Made by a program: the position numbers and the translations under genes. A model generated the notes under the pieces. That model worked only from the letters and a program-made list of their open reading frames with translations. It did no database searches and was not told the origin of the DNA. Shown one piece after another: positions 1 through 20,214 of a stretch of 64,000 nt of DNA (position 1 is the stretch's first letter; each line of letters opens with the position of its first letter). The DNA comes from the human T2T-CHM13v2.0 reference genome, Homo sapiens: the NCBI RefSeq assembly GCF_009914755.1, contig NC_060938.1; one strand, 5' to 3'.

Positions 1-145
1 GGGACTACAGGCGCCCGCCACCACGCCCAGCTAATTTTTTTTTTTTTTTTTTTTTGTATTTTTTAGTAGAGACGGGGTTTCACCACGTTAGCCAGGATGG
101 TCTCGATCTCCTGACCTCGTGATCCGTCCGCCTCGGCCTCTCAAA
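1..145 (-). mobile_element. Alu (AluY/Sc-like), partial
   Basis: Antisense Alu left arm and expanded T-rich linker. Confidence 0.9.
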
Positions 146-289
146 ATTCAACATTTTAATGACATCATCCTAACCTTTGCTTCAGGGTGGCCTTGTATTG
201 TGTATGCTTCCCAGCTACTCATAGCTGCCTACTTCAGCATATTACAAAGCAGCTGTCTAGGTCACCTGCCGTCATGATAAACTTGGTGA

Positions 290-762
<473 letters not shown>

Positions 763-824
763 AAGACCATGTGTTTCTACTCCACTGGAAACATCCAGTT
801 AGGTACCAAGCTTCAGGACAATAA

Positions 825-1157
<333 letters not shown>

Positions 1158-1164
1158 AAATTTT

Positions 1165-1424
1165 TTTAAAAATATATTTTTTATTTGGAATGCTTTTCAT
1201 TTACAGAAAAGTTACCAAAATAGTAGAGTTTCCACTTACCTTTCACCTAGTTCCCTTTAATTTTAACATCTTACATGATAATGCTATATTTATCTAAACA
1301 AATTAACATTGGCGCATTTCTATTAACTAACCTCTAGACTTTATTTGGATTTCACCAGTTTTTTTTTTCATTAATGTCTGTTTTCTGTCCTATGATCCAA
1401 TCCAGGAGACCATGTTGCATTTAA
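1165..1424 (-). mobile_element. Old L1 3'UTR fragment (L1MC-like)
   Basis: TTTACAGAAAAGTT...GATCCAATCCAGGAGACCATGTTGCATTTA motifs. Together with the preceding Alu it is flanked by TTCCTTGAA(A)TTTT repeats near 839 and 1425. Confidence 0.65.
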
Positions 1425-1469
1425 TTCCTTGAAATTTTAAAGCACATTTCTCAGAACAAAGTAGACAGG

Positions 1470-1660
1470 ATATGGTGTGGTTTAGTGGAAAGGATGTGGA
1501 TTTGAGGATCAGATAGCTAGACACAGGTTTAATCCTAGCTCTTCCATTTATTAGCTACTTGACTATAAAAAGTCGACTAAGTTGTTGTGAGGATTAAATG
1601 AGATAAGATGTGCCAGAAAGCACCTGGTGAGTAATTAATCCTTGGTAAATGTTTGTTATC
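1470..1660 (+). mobile_element. MIR fragment
   Basis: GGTTTAATCCTAGCTCTTCCATTTATTAGCT...GTTGTTGTGAGGATTAAATGAGATAA core. Confidence 0.7.
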
Positions 1661-2207
1661 TTCTTCCTGATATTGCAAAGTAGGAGACTTTTTAGTTGTA
1701 TATACCTAGTGAAAATTCCTTTGGCTATGTTTGGAGCCATCCCAAACCAGGTCACAGGAGTCTGCTTCAGAATTATTATCAATCAAATATAGTGCATTGA
1801 CTTGGAAAACCACTTCTGCATGTCTTCTGTATATTTGCCTCTAGAGCATCAAGTTCAACAGATTATATAGAAGCAACAGTGGCTTTTTATGACATCTGTA
1901 GCCTGTAGCTAGCTACATTGCTATTCCATACCTCCAGTAGGACCAGCTGTGAAATCCACACCAAGATCCAGGTTCCTTTAGCCAGTTGACACTCAGAGCT
2001 CATTCTGCCAGCAATTCAAAGTAGACTCAAACATGGTCAGTTACATTGGAATGGAATACTAGACCTGAAGGTGTGTAGAGTTTATCCCAGAGCACTGGTT
2101 TTGCCAAATGTGTTGTAAAATTGATGAATACTTGCTTCTACTTCCTATGTGTGCCATGCTGTGAACATTGAGTCTGTTGTATTGATATGCTGTCTAAAAC
2201 TGTGTTG

Positions 2208-2835
2208 CTCATGGAATACTACACAGCTATAAAAAAGAATGAAATCATGTCCTTTGTAGTAACATGGTTGCTGCTGGAAGCTGTTGTCTTAAGTGAATTA
2301 ATCCAAAACAGAAAACCAAATACTGCATGTTATTTATAAGTGGGAGCTAGGCTGGGTGCAGTGGCTCATACCTGTAATCCCAGTGCTTTGGGAGGCCAAT
2401 CTGGGAGGATAGCTTGAGGCTAGGAGTTTGTGAACAGCCTGGGCAACATAATGAGACCCTGTCTCTACAAAAAATAAAAAAAAAATAGCTGGGCATGGTG
2501 GTGAGCGTCTGTAGTTACAGCTACCTGGCAGACTGAAGTGGAAGGATTGCTTGTGTCCATGAGTTTGAGGCTGCTGCCTGGATGATAGGGGGGAAAAAAA
2601 AGTAGAAGCTAAACATTGGGTACATGTGGACATAAAAATGGGAACAACAGACACTGGGGACTCCAAAAGGGGTGGGAGGGACGAAGGGGATCAAGGGTTG
2701 AAAAACTACCTGTTGAGTACTATGTTCACTATTTGGTTGAAGGGTTCAATAGAAGCTTAAACCTCAACATCGTGCAATATATCCATGTAAGAAACCTACA
2801 CGTGTACCCCCTGAATCTAAAATAAAAATAAAAAT
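2208..2835 (+). mobile_element. L1 3' end (L1PB/L1MA-like) interrupted by AluJ-like at 2350-2601
   Basis: ATGGAATACTACACAGCTATAAAAAAGAATGAAATCATGTCC...CTGAATCTAAAATAAAAATAAA. The Alu has imperfect TSD AAGTGGGAGCTA/AAGTAGAAGCTA. Confidence 0.85.
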
Positions 2836-3087
2836 CAATCTGTGTTGTGATTTGGGAAAACAGGATTGAGGCTGGGATTGTGTGAGAGTGAAGAGCAAAA
2901 AACCAAGCTGCTTGTTCTGTGTCTTTTCCTTCCAGCTTGAAGACAGTGATGAGTGTAGGTAAAAATCTTTGGCCATTTTAGTATATTGAAGAAAATCAGG
3001 TGCAGCACAAAATTTTACACTTTGCTTGAATATATTTGATGGTTTTGCCATCAAGAATGGAGATTTCTTCATTCATCAGTGAGTTTG

Positions 3088-3373
3088 GGCTGGGTGTGGT
3101 GGCTCACACCTGTAATCCCAGCACTTTGGGAGGCCCAGGTGAATGGATCGCTTGAGTCCAGGAGTTTGAGACCATCCTGGGTTAACATGGTGAAACCCCA
3201 TCTCTACAAAAAATACAAAAATTAGCTGGGTGTGGTGACACTCACCTGCAGTCCTAGCTACTTGTGAGGCTGAAGTGGGAGGATCACCTGAGCCAGGGCT
3301 CCAGTAAGCCATGATCATGCCACTGAGCTCTAGCCTGGACACAGAGCGAGACCCTGTCCCAGGGGGAAAAAAA
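3088..3373 (+). mobile_element. AluJ-like
   Basis: Diverged dimer with A-tail. Confidence 0.88.
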
Positions 3374-3479
3374 GCATATGTACTGGTACTATTAGTGTAT
3401 TAGAGAAATTAGGTTGTAAAGTTATCTCCCATCCATTATTATTTAGTGATGGTTGATGACATGTAGTGAATATTTCTGA

Positions 3480-3900
3480 AGGATCATTTATTTGCCAAAC
3501 ACTTACTGAGCCTTAAGTTCAAGGCACTGGGTTTGGTACCAAAGGATAGAAAGACGAATATATTGAGGTCTCTGTTCCTGAGGAGCTTAAAATTTTGTGG
3601 GGGAGATAAGACAAAGATAAGTAACAATATAGGATATGGGATTGGTGAGGATAAAGAGTCTGATTTTGAGAGGAGGAGGGCAATTGGGAGTGAATTTTTA
3701 GCTAGGTCTTTAAGGACAATAATTTTGAGAGGATAAGGATAAAGGTTAATGAGAAGCAGAGGAAACAGAATGAGAAAAGCATGGAGCTGTGAAGGTGTGT
3801 GGTATATTTTTGAAATAGTAATCCAGTGTGTCTGGAGTGTGGGTTGTATGTAAATGTGGGTTATTAGCTTAAAAGGCATGTTGGAGACAAATTATGGACT
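3480..3900 (-). mobile_element. L2 3' fragment
   Basis: CATTTATTTGCCAAACACTTACTGAGC...AGGCACTGGG, the antisense L2 tail signature. Confidence 0.55.
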
Positions 3901-3959
3901 TTGAATGAAATGCTGTTTGCTGTGGGATATACAGTGGTGATGTCTGTGTGTCATATCAT

Positions 3960-4850
3960 GGCCACCATTGATGACCCAAGATGGGCACTTGCCCCAAAAC
4001 ACTCAGAATCTTTTGCTGGGAGTTTTCAAACTTGTACTGGAAGAATTAAGGAAGACTAGTAGAGGGAATCTTAGAAATAATGCTTGGGAATTCTCAGTGA
4101 TCAAGGTATCTGCATGTTTAGGACACTGATAAGCAGTAGGTGAGATGAAGAGTGACCTAGTGAGTCACATGGGCTACAGTGGAGAGAAGACATCCTGGCA
4201 GAGACTGAGTGCCAGATTCTAGTCATCTCCCAAGCATAGCAGCACTCTTACTTTTTTATGGTGATATGAATTTCCCCAGGATCCAGAGACCCCACTTGAA
4301 CTGGCCTAGGGAAGAATTGTTCAAATTGGCAGTAAGGGAAAAGCAGCAGAGCCTCTTTGATGAAAATGTAAAATGTGAGCTTGGAGCTACTGGGAGCCAT
4401 GTTTCTAAGGTTTTGGAGAAAGCTCCTTTGAAAACTAACCTGATGAGAAAGACAGAGGCAAGTGAAATGGGATAGCAGGTCTTCAAGTCCAGCCAGCTGC
4501 ACTCCTGCTCTTCACATTGTTTGATATTGTGATCCAATAAATTCAACTTTTTGCCTAGGCCAGTTCAATCGGAGTTTCTGGTTCCTGAGGAAGTTCACAG
4601 CCAATAAAGGTGTCATGCCAACCCCTGTGCCAGGGGGCAGGCATTGTGATTAACAGACCTAGTAGAACCACATACATGTGGGGTGAGGGACTAAGGACTA
4701 TTTCCCAAAAGAAGTGGAGTAGAGATGCTGTCCTTAGTAAAGGGAGAAAACAGTAAGTATCCTCTTCCGATGAGGAAAGCCCAACCTGGGTCCATAGCCT
4801 TGGGGCTGGAAAAGAAGGTCTGCATTTGAGAAACACTGTCCCATTCCCAT
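3960..4850. mobile_element. Decayed MaLR (MLT1-type) LTR fragments
   Basis: CCAATAAATTCAACTTTTTGCCTAGGCCAGTT...GTTTCTG LTR 3' end near 4535-4590 and related degenerate sequence. Confidence 0.5.
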
Positions 4851-4960
4851 AGAATCTACTGTTAACTGAGGTAGGAATGCTAGAGGATGAGCAGACTTGG
4901 GAAGAGAAATAAGGGCCTCAATTTTTCCACTTTTGGGATTCAGCTGTCTTCAGAAATGTA

Positions 4961-6330
4961 TAGACCAATGGAACAGAACAGAGGCCTCAGAAATAACACC
5001 ACACATCTACAACCATCTGATCTTTGACAAACCTGACAAAAACAAGAAATCGGGAAAGGATTCCCTATTTAATAAATGCTACTGGGAAAACTGGCTAGCC
5101 ATATGTAGAAAGCTGAAACTTGATCCCTTCCTTACACCTTATACAAAAATTAATTCAAGATGGATTAAAGACTTAAATGTTAGACCTAAAATTATAAAAA
5201 TCCTAGAAGAAAACCTAGGCAATATCATTCAGGACATAGGCATGGGCAAGGACTTCATGACTAAAACACCAAAAGCAATGGCAACAAAAGCTAAAATAGA
5301 CAAATGGGATCTAATGAAACTAAAGAGCTTCTGCACAGCAAAAGAAACTACCATCAGAATGAACAGGCAACCTACAGACTGGGAGAAAATTTTTGGAATC
5401 TACTCATCTGACAAAGGGCTAATATCCAGAATCTACAAAGAACTTAAACAAATTTACAAGAAAAAAGTCAAACAACCCCATCAAAAAGTGGACAAAGGAT
5501 ATGAACAGACACTTTTCCAAAGAAGAGATTTATGCAGCCAACAGACACATGAAACAATGCTCATCATCACTGGTCATCAGAGAAATGCAAATCAAAACCA
5601 CAATGAGATACCACCTCACACCAGTTAGAATGGTGATCATTAAAAAGTCAGGAAACAACAGGTGCTGGAGAGGATATGGAGAAATAGGAATGCTTTTACA
5701 CTGTTCGTGGGAGTGTAAATAGTTCAGCCATTGTGGAAGACAGTGGGGCGATTCCTCAAAGATCTAGAACTAGAAATACCATTTGACCCAGCCATCCCAT
5801 TACTGGGCATATACCCAAAGGATTATAAATCATGCTACTATAAAGACACATGCACATGTATGTTTATTGCAGCACTATTCACAATAGCAAAGACTTGGAA
5901 CCAACCCAAATGTCCATCAGTGATAGACTGGATTAAGAAAATGTGGCACATATACACCATGGAATACTACGCAGCCATGAAAAAGGATGAGTTCATGTTC
6001 TTTGTAGCGACATGGATGAAACTGGAAACCATCATTCTGAGCAAACTATCACAAGGACAGAAAACCAAACACCGCATGTTCTCACTCATAGGTAGGAGTT
6101 GAACACTGAGAACACTTGGACATAGGGCAGGGAACATTACACACCGGGGCCTGACGTGGGGTGGGGAGATGGGGGAGGGATAGCATTAGGAGAAATACCT
6201 AATGTAAATGACGAGTTAATGGGTGCAGCAAACCAACACAACACATGTATACATATGTAACAAACCTGCATGTTGTGCACATGTACCCTATAACTTAAAG
6301 TATAATAATAAAAAACCTAAAAAAAATAAA
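4961..6330 (+). mobile_element. 5'-truncated L1PA (ORF2 C-terminus and 3'UTR)
   Basis: ORFs 4897-5628, 5501-5722 and 5731-6102 encode frameshifted L1 ORF2p C-terminus (DQWNRTE...PFDPAIPLLGIYPK...MFSL). L1PA 3'UTR ends at AAAGTATAATAATAAAAAA. Confidence 0.96.
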
Positions 6331-6739
6331 GTAGTAAAACAAAAACAATACATAGGAAGCGTAAGTTTCATATGTATAGCATATAGAAAAATGCATAATT
6401 TTGAAGTTCAGAAAATGAAAAAAATTTGTTCTTAGTCAACAAAAATTCATAAAGAAAAAGAATTTGTAAACATATGAAGGTTCACCTTGGATGAACACGT
6501 TGGAAGGAACTTAAGCATGATTGAATTTTTGTGTTGAGACGAATGTGTTTTTAACCTTTCAAAATTATATGTTATGGTTGATAAATTATTTTCTCCTAAA
6601 AAAAAAAAGAAATGTAGGAAACTTGAGTTTGGTGGTTTTCTACATAGGCTGAGGTTCCATTTGAATTAGGAACCTGGTGCCGTCAGTGCTTTCCTCCTCA
6701 AAGCTCTCTGACCATTCCATGTTATTCATCCCCACCAGT

Positions 6740-7200
6740 GATAATGATGTACATTTCAGAGCTTCTGTAATGTATGAGGCATTGTATTAGGGCCTTTATG
6801 TATGTCTATGTCATGTAATTTAATCATTACAGCAATTTTATGAAGTGTATTATATGCAAGAAGGAAACAGGAACGGGAGGATTGGAAATTTGCTTCAAAC
6901 ACAGGTCTGACTGATGTAAAAGAAGGTTGGGCTCTTATTATTATATTGTCCCGCCTCTTTTAGATAATACTACTGCCAGTATCCTAATGCTACCATTAAT
7001 AATGGCCAGCAGTTACTAAGCTCTTACTCTATGCTAGGTGTTTTAAATGAAGTATCTTTTATTCTTTACAAGTACTATCCTGAACTTAGAATTGGGAAAA
7101 CTGAGGCTCAAGGTCATATAAATCATGTGATGAAGCCAGCACTTGAATTCAGCTCTCTTGGTACTAGAGACCAAATCTATAAGTGCTATTTTCTACTGTC
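6740..7200 (-). mobile_element. MIR fragments
   Basis: GGGAAAACTGAGGCTCAA and AAGGAAACAGG core motifs. Confidence 0.55.
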
Positions 7201-7435
7201 TTTAGGTCCATAAGTAAAGCTTATCTGACAGATTTCCAAGTCAGCTGTTGCTACCATGCTTCCAAGTTAGTAGTTTCCCACCTAGGAAAAGGATAAAGCT
7301 TGTAGCATTGCTGCTTCTCACAATCTTTAGTGCTTTCTTTGCCTTAATCTTAAGTTTTGGGAGAAAGGAAAAGCAATTCACTTCGCAACGTGGTTGGGGT
7401 CTCATCTTCAAAGACGTAATTAAAACTGTCCTGGA

Positions 7436-7750
7436 TAGCTGGGCATCATTACAGGCTCATGCCTGTAATCCCAGCACTTTGGGAGCCTGAGGTAGGAGGA
7501 CTGCTTGAGCCCAGGAATTCAAGACCAGCCTGGGCAACATAGTGAGATCCCATTTCTTAAAAAAATAAAATAAAAAATTAGCTGGGACTGGTGGCTAGTG
7601 CCTGAGGTCCCAGCTACTTAGAAGGCTGAGGTGGGAGGATGACTTGAGCCCAGGAGTTCAAGGCTGCAATGAATTGTGATCGGGCCACTGCACTCTAGCC
7701 TGGGCAACAGAAGGAGATCCTGTTTCAAAACAAACAAACAAACACACAAA
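7436..7750 (+). mobile_element. AluJ-like
   Basis: Dimer with (CAAA)n tail; TSD AAAACTGTCCT/AAAATTGTCCT. Confidence 0.88.
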
Positions 7751-7871
7751 AATTGTCCTAGTGGCAATAAACTATAATGCCATCTGAGTGGATGACCTCA
7801 ATGTAGTATTGGCTAAAAATTTTATTTGCACATATGACATATTCATTCTTTCACCAGAAGTTTCTTGTATG

Positions 7872-8938
7872 TTATCAGCTGAGCTTACATGACTATGCAG
7901 TTATAAAGAAGTATAAAGCACAGGCTATTAAATGGTCCAAAATATAAAGTACTAGAGTTGCCTTTGTTCTTGAAGAGCTTCACTCTGAATCATGTAACTG
8001 GTCTGGATGTGGTCTTTCAATAAGACAATAGCAGCAGCATAATAAGCCTCCGGGTCAGCATAGTAGCATAGTATTTGGTGTTACCTATTTTAGTAAGTTT
8101 ATGTTTGGTTAACTCCTGTTGAGGAACAATATTATGATCAAAGAGATGATATGGTTTATTTATTAGATGAATCCTTGATGTCTTCATACTAATGTAAAGC
8201 TCTGTCACAGCCTGCTTTGATCTGCTGGTTCCTGGGTGTGGTATCCAGCTGTTTGTCAGCATCCCTCTCTATACCCATGGAAATCCCAACTGTATTTTTG
8301 GGTTTTGGGTTCCCTACCAGGTTCACTGTTTAAAAATGTGAATTGAATGTTCCTTTTTATTGAAAAGAACACAAGTTCTATGATGAGTTAAAATTACTAT
8401 AAATGTTTATAGCTTATACTCATTGTATCAGATTATTTGAAAAATCTAGTTTGCATGTTCCCTTCTGATGGAGTTTGGGTCAGATGAAGGTGGTTACAAA
8501 AAATGTTTGACACTAAAAATTTTCACATTACACTATTGTTTGATAGTCATTCATTAATTCTTCACTTAGTCTACTTACTCATTAAGAATCAACAAATCTT
8601 TATTTTGGAGATGAATAAGATGTGTCCTTTACAGTGGGAAAGCTTATTATTTAATAGAGCTGTTTACAGACTTCAATTTGCCTTCTTGATAAATGTGATG
8701 AACATGGTTTACAATTTACAAAGATATTCAGGCTATCAGATCTTGGAATTGCAGAACTAAATTTTTCTGTATGTATTCTTATATGATTTTTTCCTAGGTA
8801 TTTGGGGAAATAAATACTGTCTGATGGAGTAGATAGCTTTTTCATATTTTGTATCTGCGAATGCATATTATCAGCTGAGCTGACATGACTATGCAATTAT
8901 AAAGAAGTATAAAGCACAGGCTATTAAATGGTCCAAAA
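7872..8938 (+). repeat. 71-bp dispersed direct repeat (7872-7942 and 8868-8938)
   Basis: TTATCAGCTGAGCT[T/G]ACATGACTATGCA[G/A]TTATAAAGAAGTATAAAGCACAGGCTATTAAATGGTCCAAAA, 69/71 identical, 996 bp apart. Confidence 0.95.
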
Positions 8939-9089
8939 GAAAGTAAGTACACCGCTCATAAATCTTTGAAATCATGGGAATGTTTCCAGACAGAACAAGA
9001 TGGAATTTATCTTCCTAATTGTGACACAGTACCTTGAAAAATGCAACTGGGTGCGTGGAGATAAGGCTTTGTATAATTTGCCATTTTAA

Positions 9090-9640
<551 letters not shown>

Positions 9641-9977
9641 CAGTGTGGCATCCAGCAGTTTGTCAGGTTCCCCCTTCCATAGCCAATGAGTATCCCGACT
9701 GTATTTCCAGGCTTTGTGTTGTTTACTGGGCTCTGGACATCGCTGATTAAAAGCGTGGGGGATTGGAGTGTTTATTTCATATGAAATGTTTTTATTGAAA
9801 AAGTGCGAAAGTGCTATGAAAACTTAAAATTTGCTTGAGTATATACTGCTGCTATTTATTGTATGAGTTAATTAAAAAACCCTGTGTGTATGCCCACTTG
9901 TCCTGATGGAGTTCGGTTAGACTCCCATCACTAAAATGAAGAAAACCCGGACTGTAGGTAGTTAATTTTGAAGATAT

Positions 9978-10190
9978 AATAATGGCTGGCATTTGAGTGC
10001 ACATTTTGTGCCAGACAGTGTTCTAAGCGCCTTACCATGAATTATCTCAGTTCATTCCTACAACAGTCCCATGAAGTAGATACTGGTATTTCCATTTCAC
10101 AGGGAAGGAAATCGAGACTGCTCAAGGTCCCTTATTAAGTGGGCCTTGAGAGAATTGGAACCCAGGAAGTCTGACTTTAGAACGCCCATT
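9978..10190 (-). mobile_element. MIR
   Basis: TGTGCCAGACAGTGTTCTAAGCGC...CCATTTCACAGGGAAGGAAATCGAG. Confidence 0.75.
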
Positions 10191-11109
10191 TTCAGGGGAA
10201 GGGGGCAGAAGGAGGGAGGTTGAGTTTGTGTATTTTGAAACAGGGATTGGTCAAAGTGTTTCTTGCCAGATTTCTTGTCAGATGTGGTTTAGTGAAGGTG
10301 GTTCTAGAAAGCACTTTGAGATAAAAAGGTGCCATGTAATGGCGAGCATATATTCCTGTAGTTTCTTTCAGGTTTATTGGAGGCAAAAAATAATGGATAA
10401 TCTACAGTGTGTAGACAAGGTCTCCTCCCAACCCCCCAAGTGCTGACAAAAATGTAGAGCAATGACAGGGTCTTTAGGTAAGCATAAATTGCATGATTAG
10501 CTGTAGCTATAATTATTATATGGAATTTATTAGCTTACTTAACTTTTCTAATTGATCTTTATTTTCCTTTGCTTTACTCTGCAAAGAAGTATAGTAGAGC
10601 TGTGATTGAATGATTTAAGATTAGAAGTAAGGTAAAAGTAATCAAGAAGAATGCATGGAAAAGGGAATTCTACATGGAAAAACACTGTAGATAGACTGTT
10701 TTTAGAGAGATTTCGTTCAATTTCTCTCCATTTTTCTTTATCAGGTTTGTTATGGTGGAACAGGAAAGAGAGTTTGTTTTTTTTTTTGGGAAGGATACTA
10801 ACTAAATGTAATTTACCAGAAGGATGCTAAATGTAATTTTCTGGCCTAGCAGCACTTAGCCATTCAGGGAAGATTATACGATTTCAGTAACATAAATGGC
10901 ATTTTAATTGGGCAAGTATAAAATATTTATTTTAATTGAAATTGCTTTTGTTGTATCCTCAGCCCTTTTTGTTAAGATCTAAGAGTTAAGACTTTTGTCT
11001 AATTCATTCTGGTGTTGCATTTAATGTGGTTAATTTGCTAACCTGTTAGATAACAGGCTACATTTTACAGTCCTTTTTTGACTTGAAATGTGAACAAAAT
11101 GAGTGAAAA

Positions 11110-11360
11110 GCTGTAGCGTATTGGCTGAGAGAACAAGCTTTGGAATGAGCCTGTCTGATTTCACATTCTTTACTCTTACCGGCTCTGTGGCCTTAGGGAA
11201 ATGACTAACTCTTTGTTAGCCGTTCTTCTTGTTGGTACAATAGAGAAAATAGTGCTGCTTGTATCACGGTCCTTAAGTATTAAATAATATATGGAAAATA
11301 TTTAGAGATATTTAGTATTCTGTCACATAATATTTGTTTACTATATATTGGCTATTTTAT
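11110..11360 (+). mobile_element. MIR
   Basis: GCTCTGTGGCCTTAGGGAAATGACTAACTCT core. Confidence 0.55.
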
Positions 11361-12148
11361 TATTATTATTCTTTGTGTGGCATGGGTGATAAGCAGAAAT
11401 AAAATTAAAACAGGACTTATTTGGCCTGCTATGAAATACTTGCACAATAATGATTAGCTTTAAATGATTTCAGTACACTATGAAATGTGAAAATACAGCT
11501 TTAATTATAAGGACTCTGTTGTAATTTTCTTAATATGAACTCTTTAGCATGTTGTCTAATTAATCATCCTTTTAAAGAAGTACTTTAATCTAGGCTAACA
11601 CACTGCTGTTTCTGAATGGAGGAGAGAACTCACTGATTTTTTTGGCAATCATTTAAAAAATTTAAAATTATATAAGCTATTAATAATAAAAGCAACGTAA
11701 GTTATTAAGTGAAAGGTAAAAATTTCTGTGGTTCACTTCTCCAGAGGTGACAACTTTTAGGTTGTTTGTGTATATTTTCGGATATTTTCTATGCATATAC
11801 AAACATGGGTGTGTTTGGGTAGAAAACTTTTTCTTCCTTTAGCATAAACAGGAATATAGCATAAACATATATATATGTGTGTATATATATATATTTCCTT
11901 GCTTTTTTCATTATGTATATTGGATAATCTCTCTAGATCAATATGCATATGTTTTCCTCTTTTAACAATTTGATAGTAGTCCATTGTTCAAATATAATTT
12001 ATTTACCCCAATTTTTAAAATTAATATTTAATTATCCAGTTTTTCCTTGGAGTAAGCATCCATAAATATGCATATATATGTACATATATGTCTTTGAGCA
12101 TTTAGGCCAGTATATCATAAGATATAACAGGTAAAAATCACAAGGTAA

Positions 12149-12579
<431 letters not shown>

Positions 12580-12734
12580 ATCTTGTCAATTATGTTACCA
12601 ACAACTGTATGGAGATTCCTATTGCCACACAACTTTGCCTATATTGGCTAATATTATTTTTTAAAATCTTGCATTTTAAAAGATGTTTAAAAGCATCTTA
12701 TCAGATGCTTTTCTGATAAGAAAAACATCTTGGA

Positions 12735-13313
<579 letters not shown>

Positions 13314-13444
13314 TCATTTTGGCTCTTAATGAAAAATTTTTTGATAGTTTGTTGAGTTTTTATGGCATATATTTCATGGGATTGAATATAGGCATTTTTA
13401 TAATATGCTTGTTAGTCTGAGAAGAGCAGGTATTATTTTGCTGA

Positions 13445-13855
13445 ATGATTCTGGCTCGGTCTTAGGATGTTGTAATCAAGTTGTTGGCTAGGACTGCAGT
13501 CTAGATTTGACTGGGCCTGGAGTATCTGTTTCCAAGGTCACTCATGTGGCTCTTGTCAGGAGGCTTCAGTTCCTCCCCATGGACTCTTCCATAGGGCTAC
13601 TTATGACGTGGCTTCTCCCAGAACTAGTGATATGAGCGGAGGTAAGGAAGATTGGAGAGATGGAGGGGAGAAGAGAGAAAGGGAGGGAGGAAGGGAACTG
13701 GAAGCTGTAGAGCCTTTTAAAACCTAATGATAGAAGTGATATACCATCACCTCTGGTGTTTTGTAGTGTTATAATGTGGGAGAGTACACACAAGAGTGTG
13801 AATACCAAGAGTGTGAATATCATTGGGCTATCTTGAAGGCTGGCTTCCGCAGGAT
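13445..13855 (-). mobile_element. MaLR (MLT1-type) LTR fragment
   Basis: GGCTCGGTCTTAGG...CAGTTCCTCCCCATGGACTCTTCCATAGGGCTACT...ATCTTGAAGGCTGGCT. Confidence 0.65.
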
Positions 13856-14319
13856 TTTATTAACTTATTTTTTTTTTTTTCATGTCCTCAAGTAGCAAAG
13901 ACTTTTTGGAGGCAAGTGATAAAGTGAGTAGGAGTAGTGCTTCATAAAAGAGGAACTATAGGGTTATGGAAAAATTAACTAGGAGTTTTACTTATGGGAG
14001 AAAATACAGGAGCAGAGAGGAGAGAAAAGAGGTGAAACATTATTAAATACCTTTGTCTCTTAGCTGCTAGCAATTGAAGAAGCATATTTCCCTACTTATC
14101 AATTTAATCTAGCAAATGCACAAATGAATTGATTGTATGCATATAGAAGAAGATTGGATTTCATGTTCTTTTTTTAATTTTTTCTGTTCAAGGATGAACA
14201 TTGTCTCAATTACAGAAAATGGTAATTTTTTTTCTTTATCAGGCCACCTATTTCAAGAAATGGGCCTTCCATTCTGAAGGCATATAGAATTAGATGGAGG
14301 CAGTGGTATCTAATTCTCA

Positions 14320-14642
<323 letters not shown>

Positions 14643-15169
14643 TTAATTTCTATCCCAACCATTCTTGGCAAAACCTGTCTCTGGAAATTTTATGTGCTAA
14701 ATCTACTTTTTTCATCACGCACGAGACGCAAAGTACAAGATAAGCAAAATCAAGTACCTACCATCTTGATATATAAAGGCAATGTTTTGTGATAGTTACT
14801 TAACATCTTTCTCTTTCTTTTTTTCCCTTTTTTTTCTGTTCTCCTATTTCTCTCTCATTTACTGATGTTACTGGATAGTTTATCCTGAAGAGTCCGAATT
14901 TTGCTTATTGCATCTCTGTGATATTGTTAAATATGTTCTTCTGTTCTCAGTATTTCCTCTAAATTGTTAGTTATGTTTAAAAGTTTTATCAGATTAAGTT
15001 TGAATTTATTTGTTGATAAGAATAATAAGTGGTGTTAACTCATTTAATATACTGATCTTATTCAGTACCTTTGTGCAAATTGGGAAACAGAGCCCCCTCT
15101 GGGTAGAAAATTAGGAAAAGGCACTTATTTTAGGTGGAAGATTTAGAACAGGAACATTCTAGATATATT

Positions 15170-19800
<4,631 letters not shown>

Positions 19801-19906
19801 CAGTTACTCCATCATATTTGTTAGCAAAAGCTGGCCTTACTGTTGTTAAGCATTTACTTCCTCCTGTAGTCTTGCAGATTTTCTCAGTTCTATATGTACC
19901 TCTTGC

Positions 19907-20214
<308 letters not shown>

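Noticed and set aside
4897-6102. 243, 73 and 123-aa ORFs as a functional L1 ORF2
   Set aside because: 5'-truncated and frameshifted, with no promoter, endonuclease or RT.
8821-8830. Third copy of CTGATGGAGT suggesting a triplication
   Set aside because: Flanks do not align convincingly with the other two copies; treated as a chance match.
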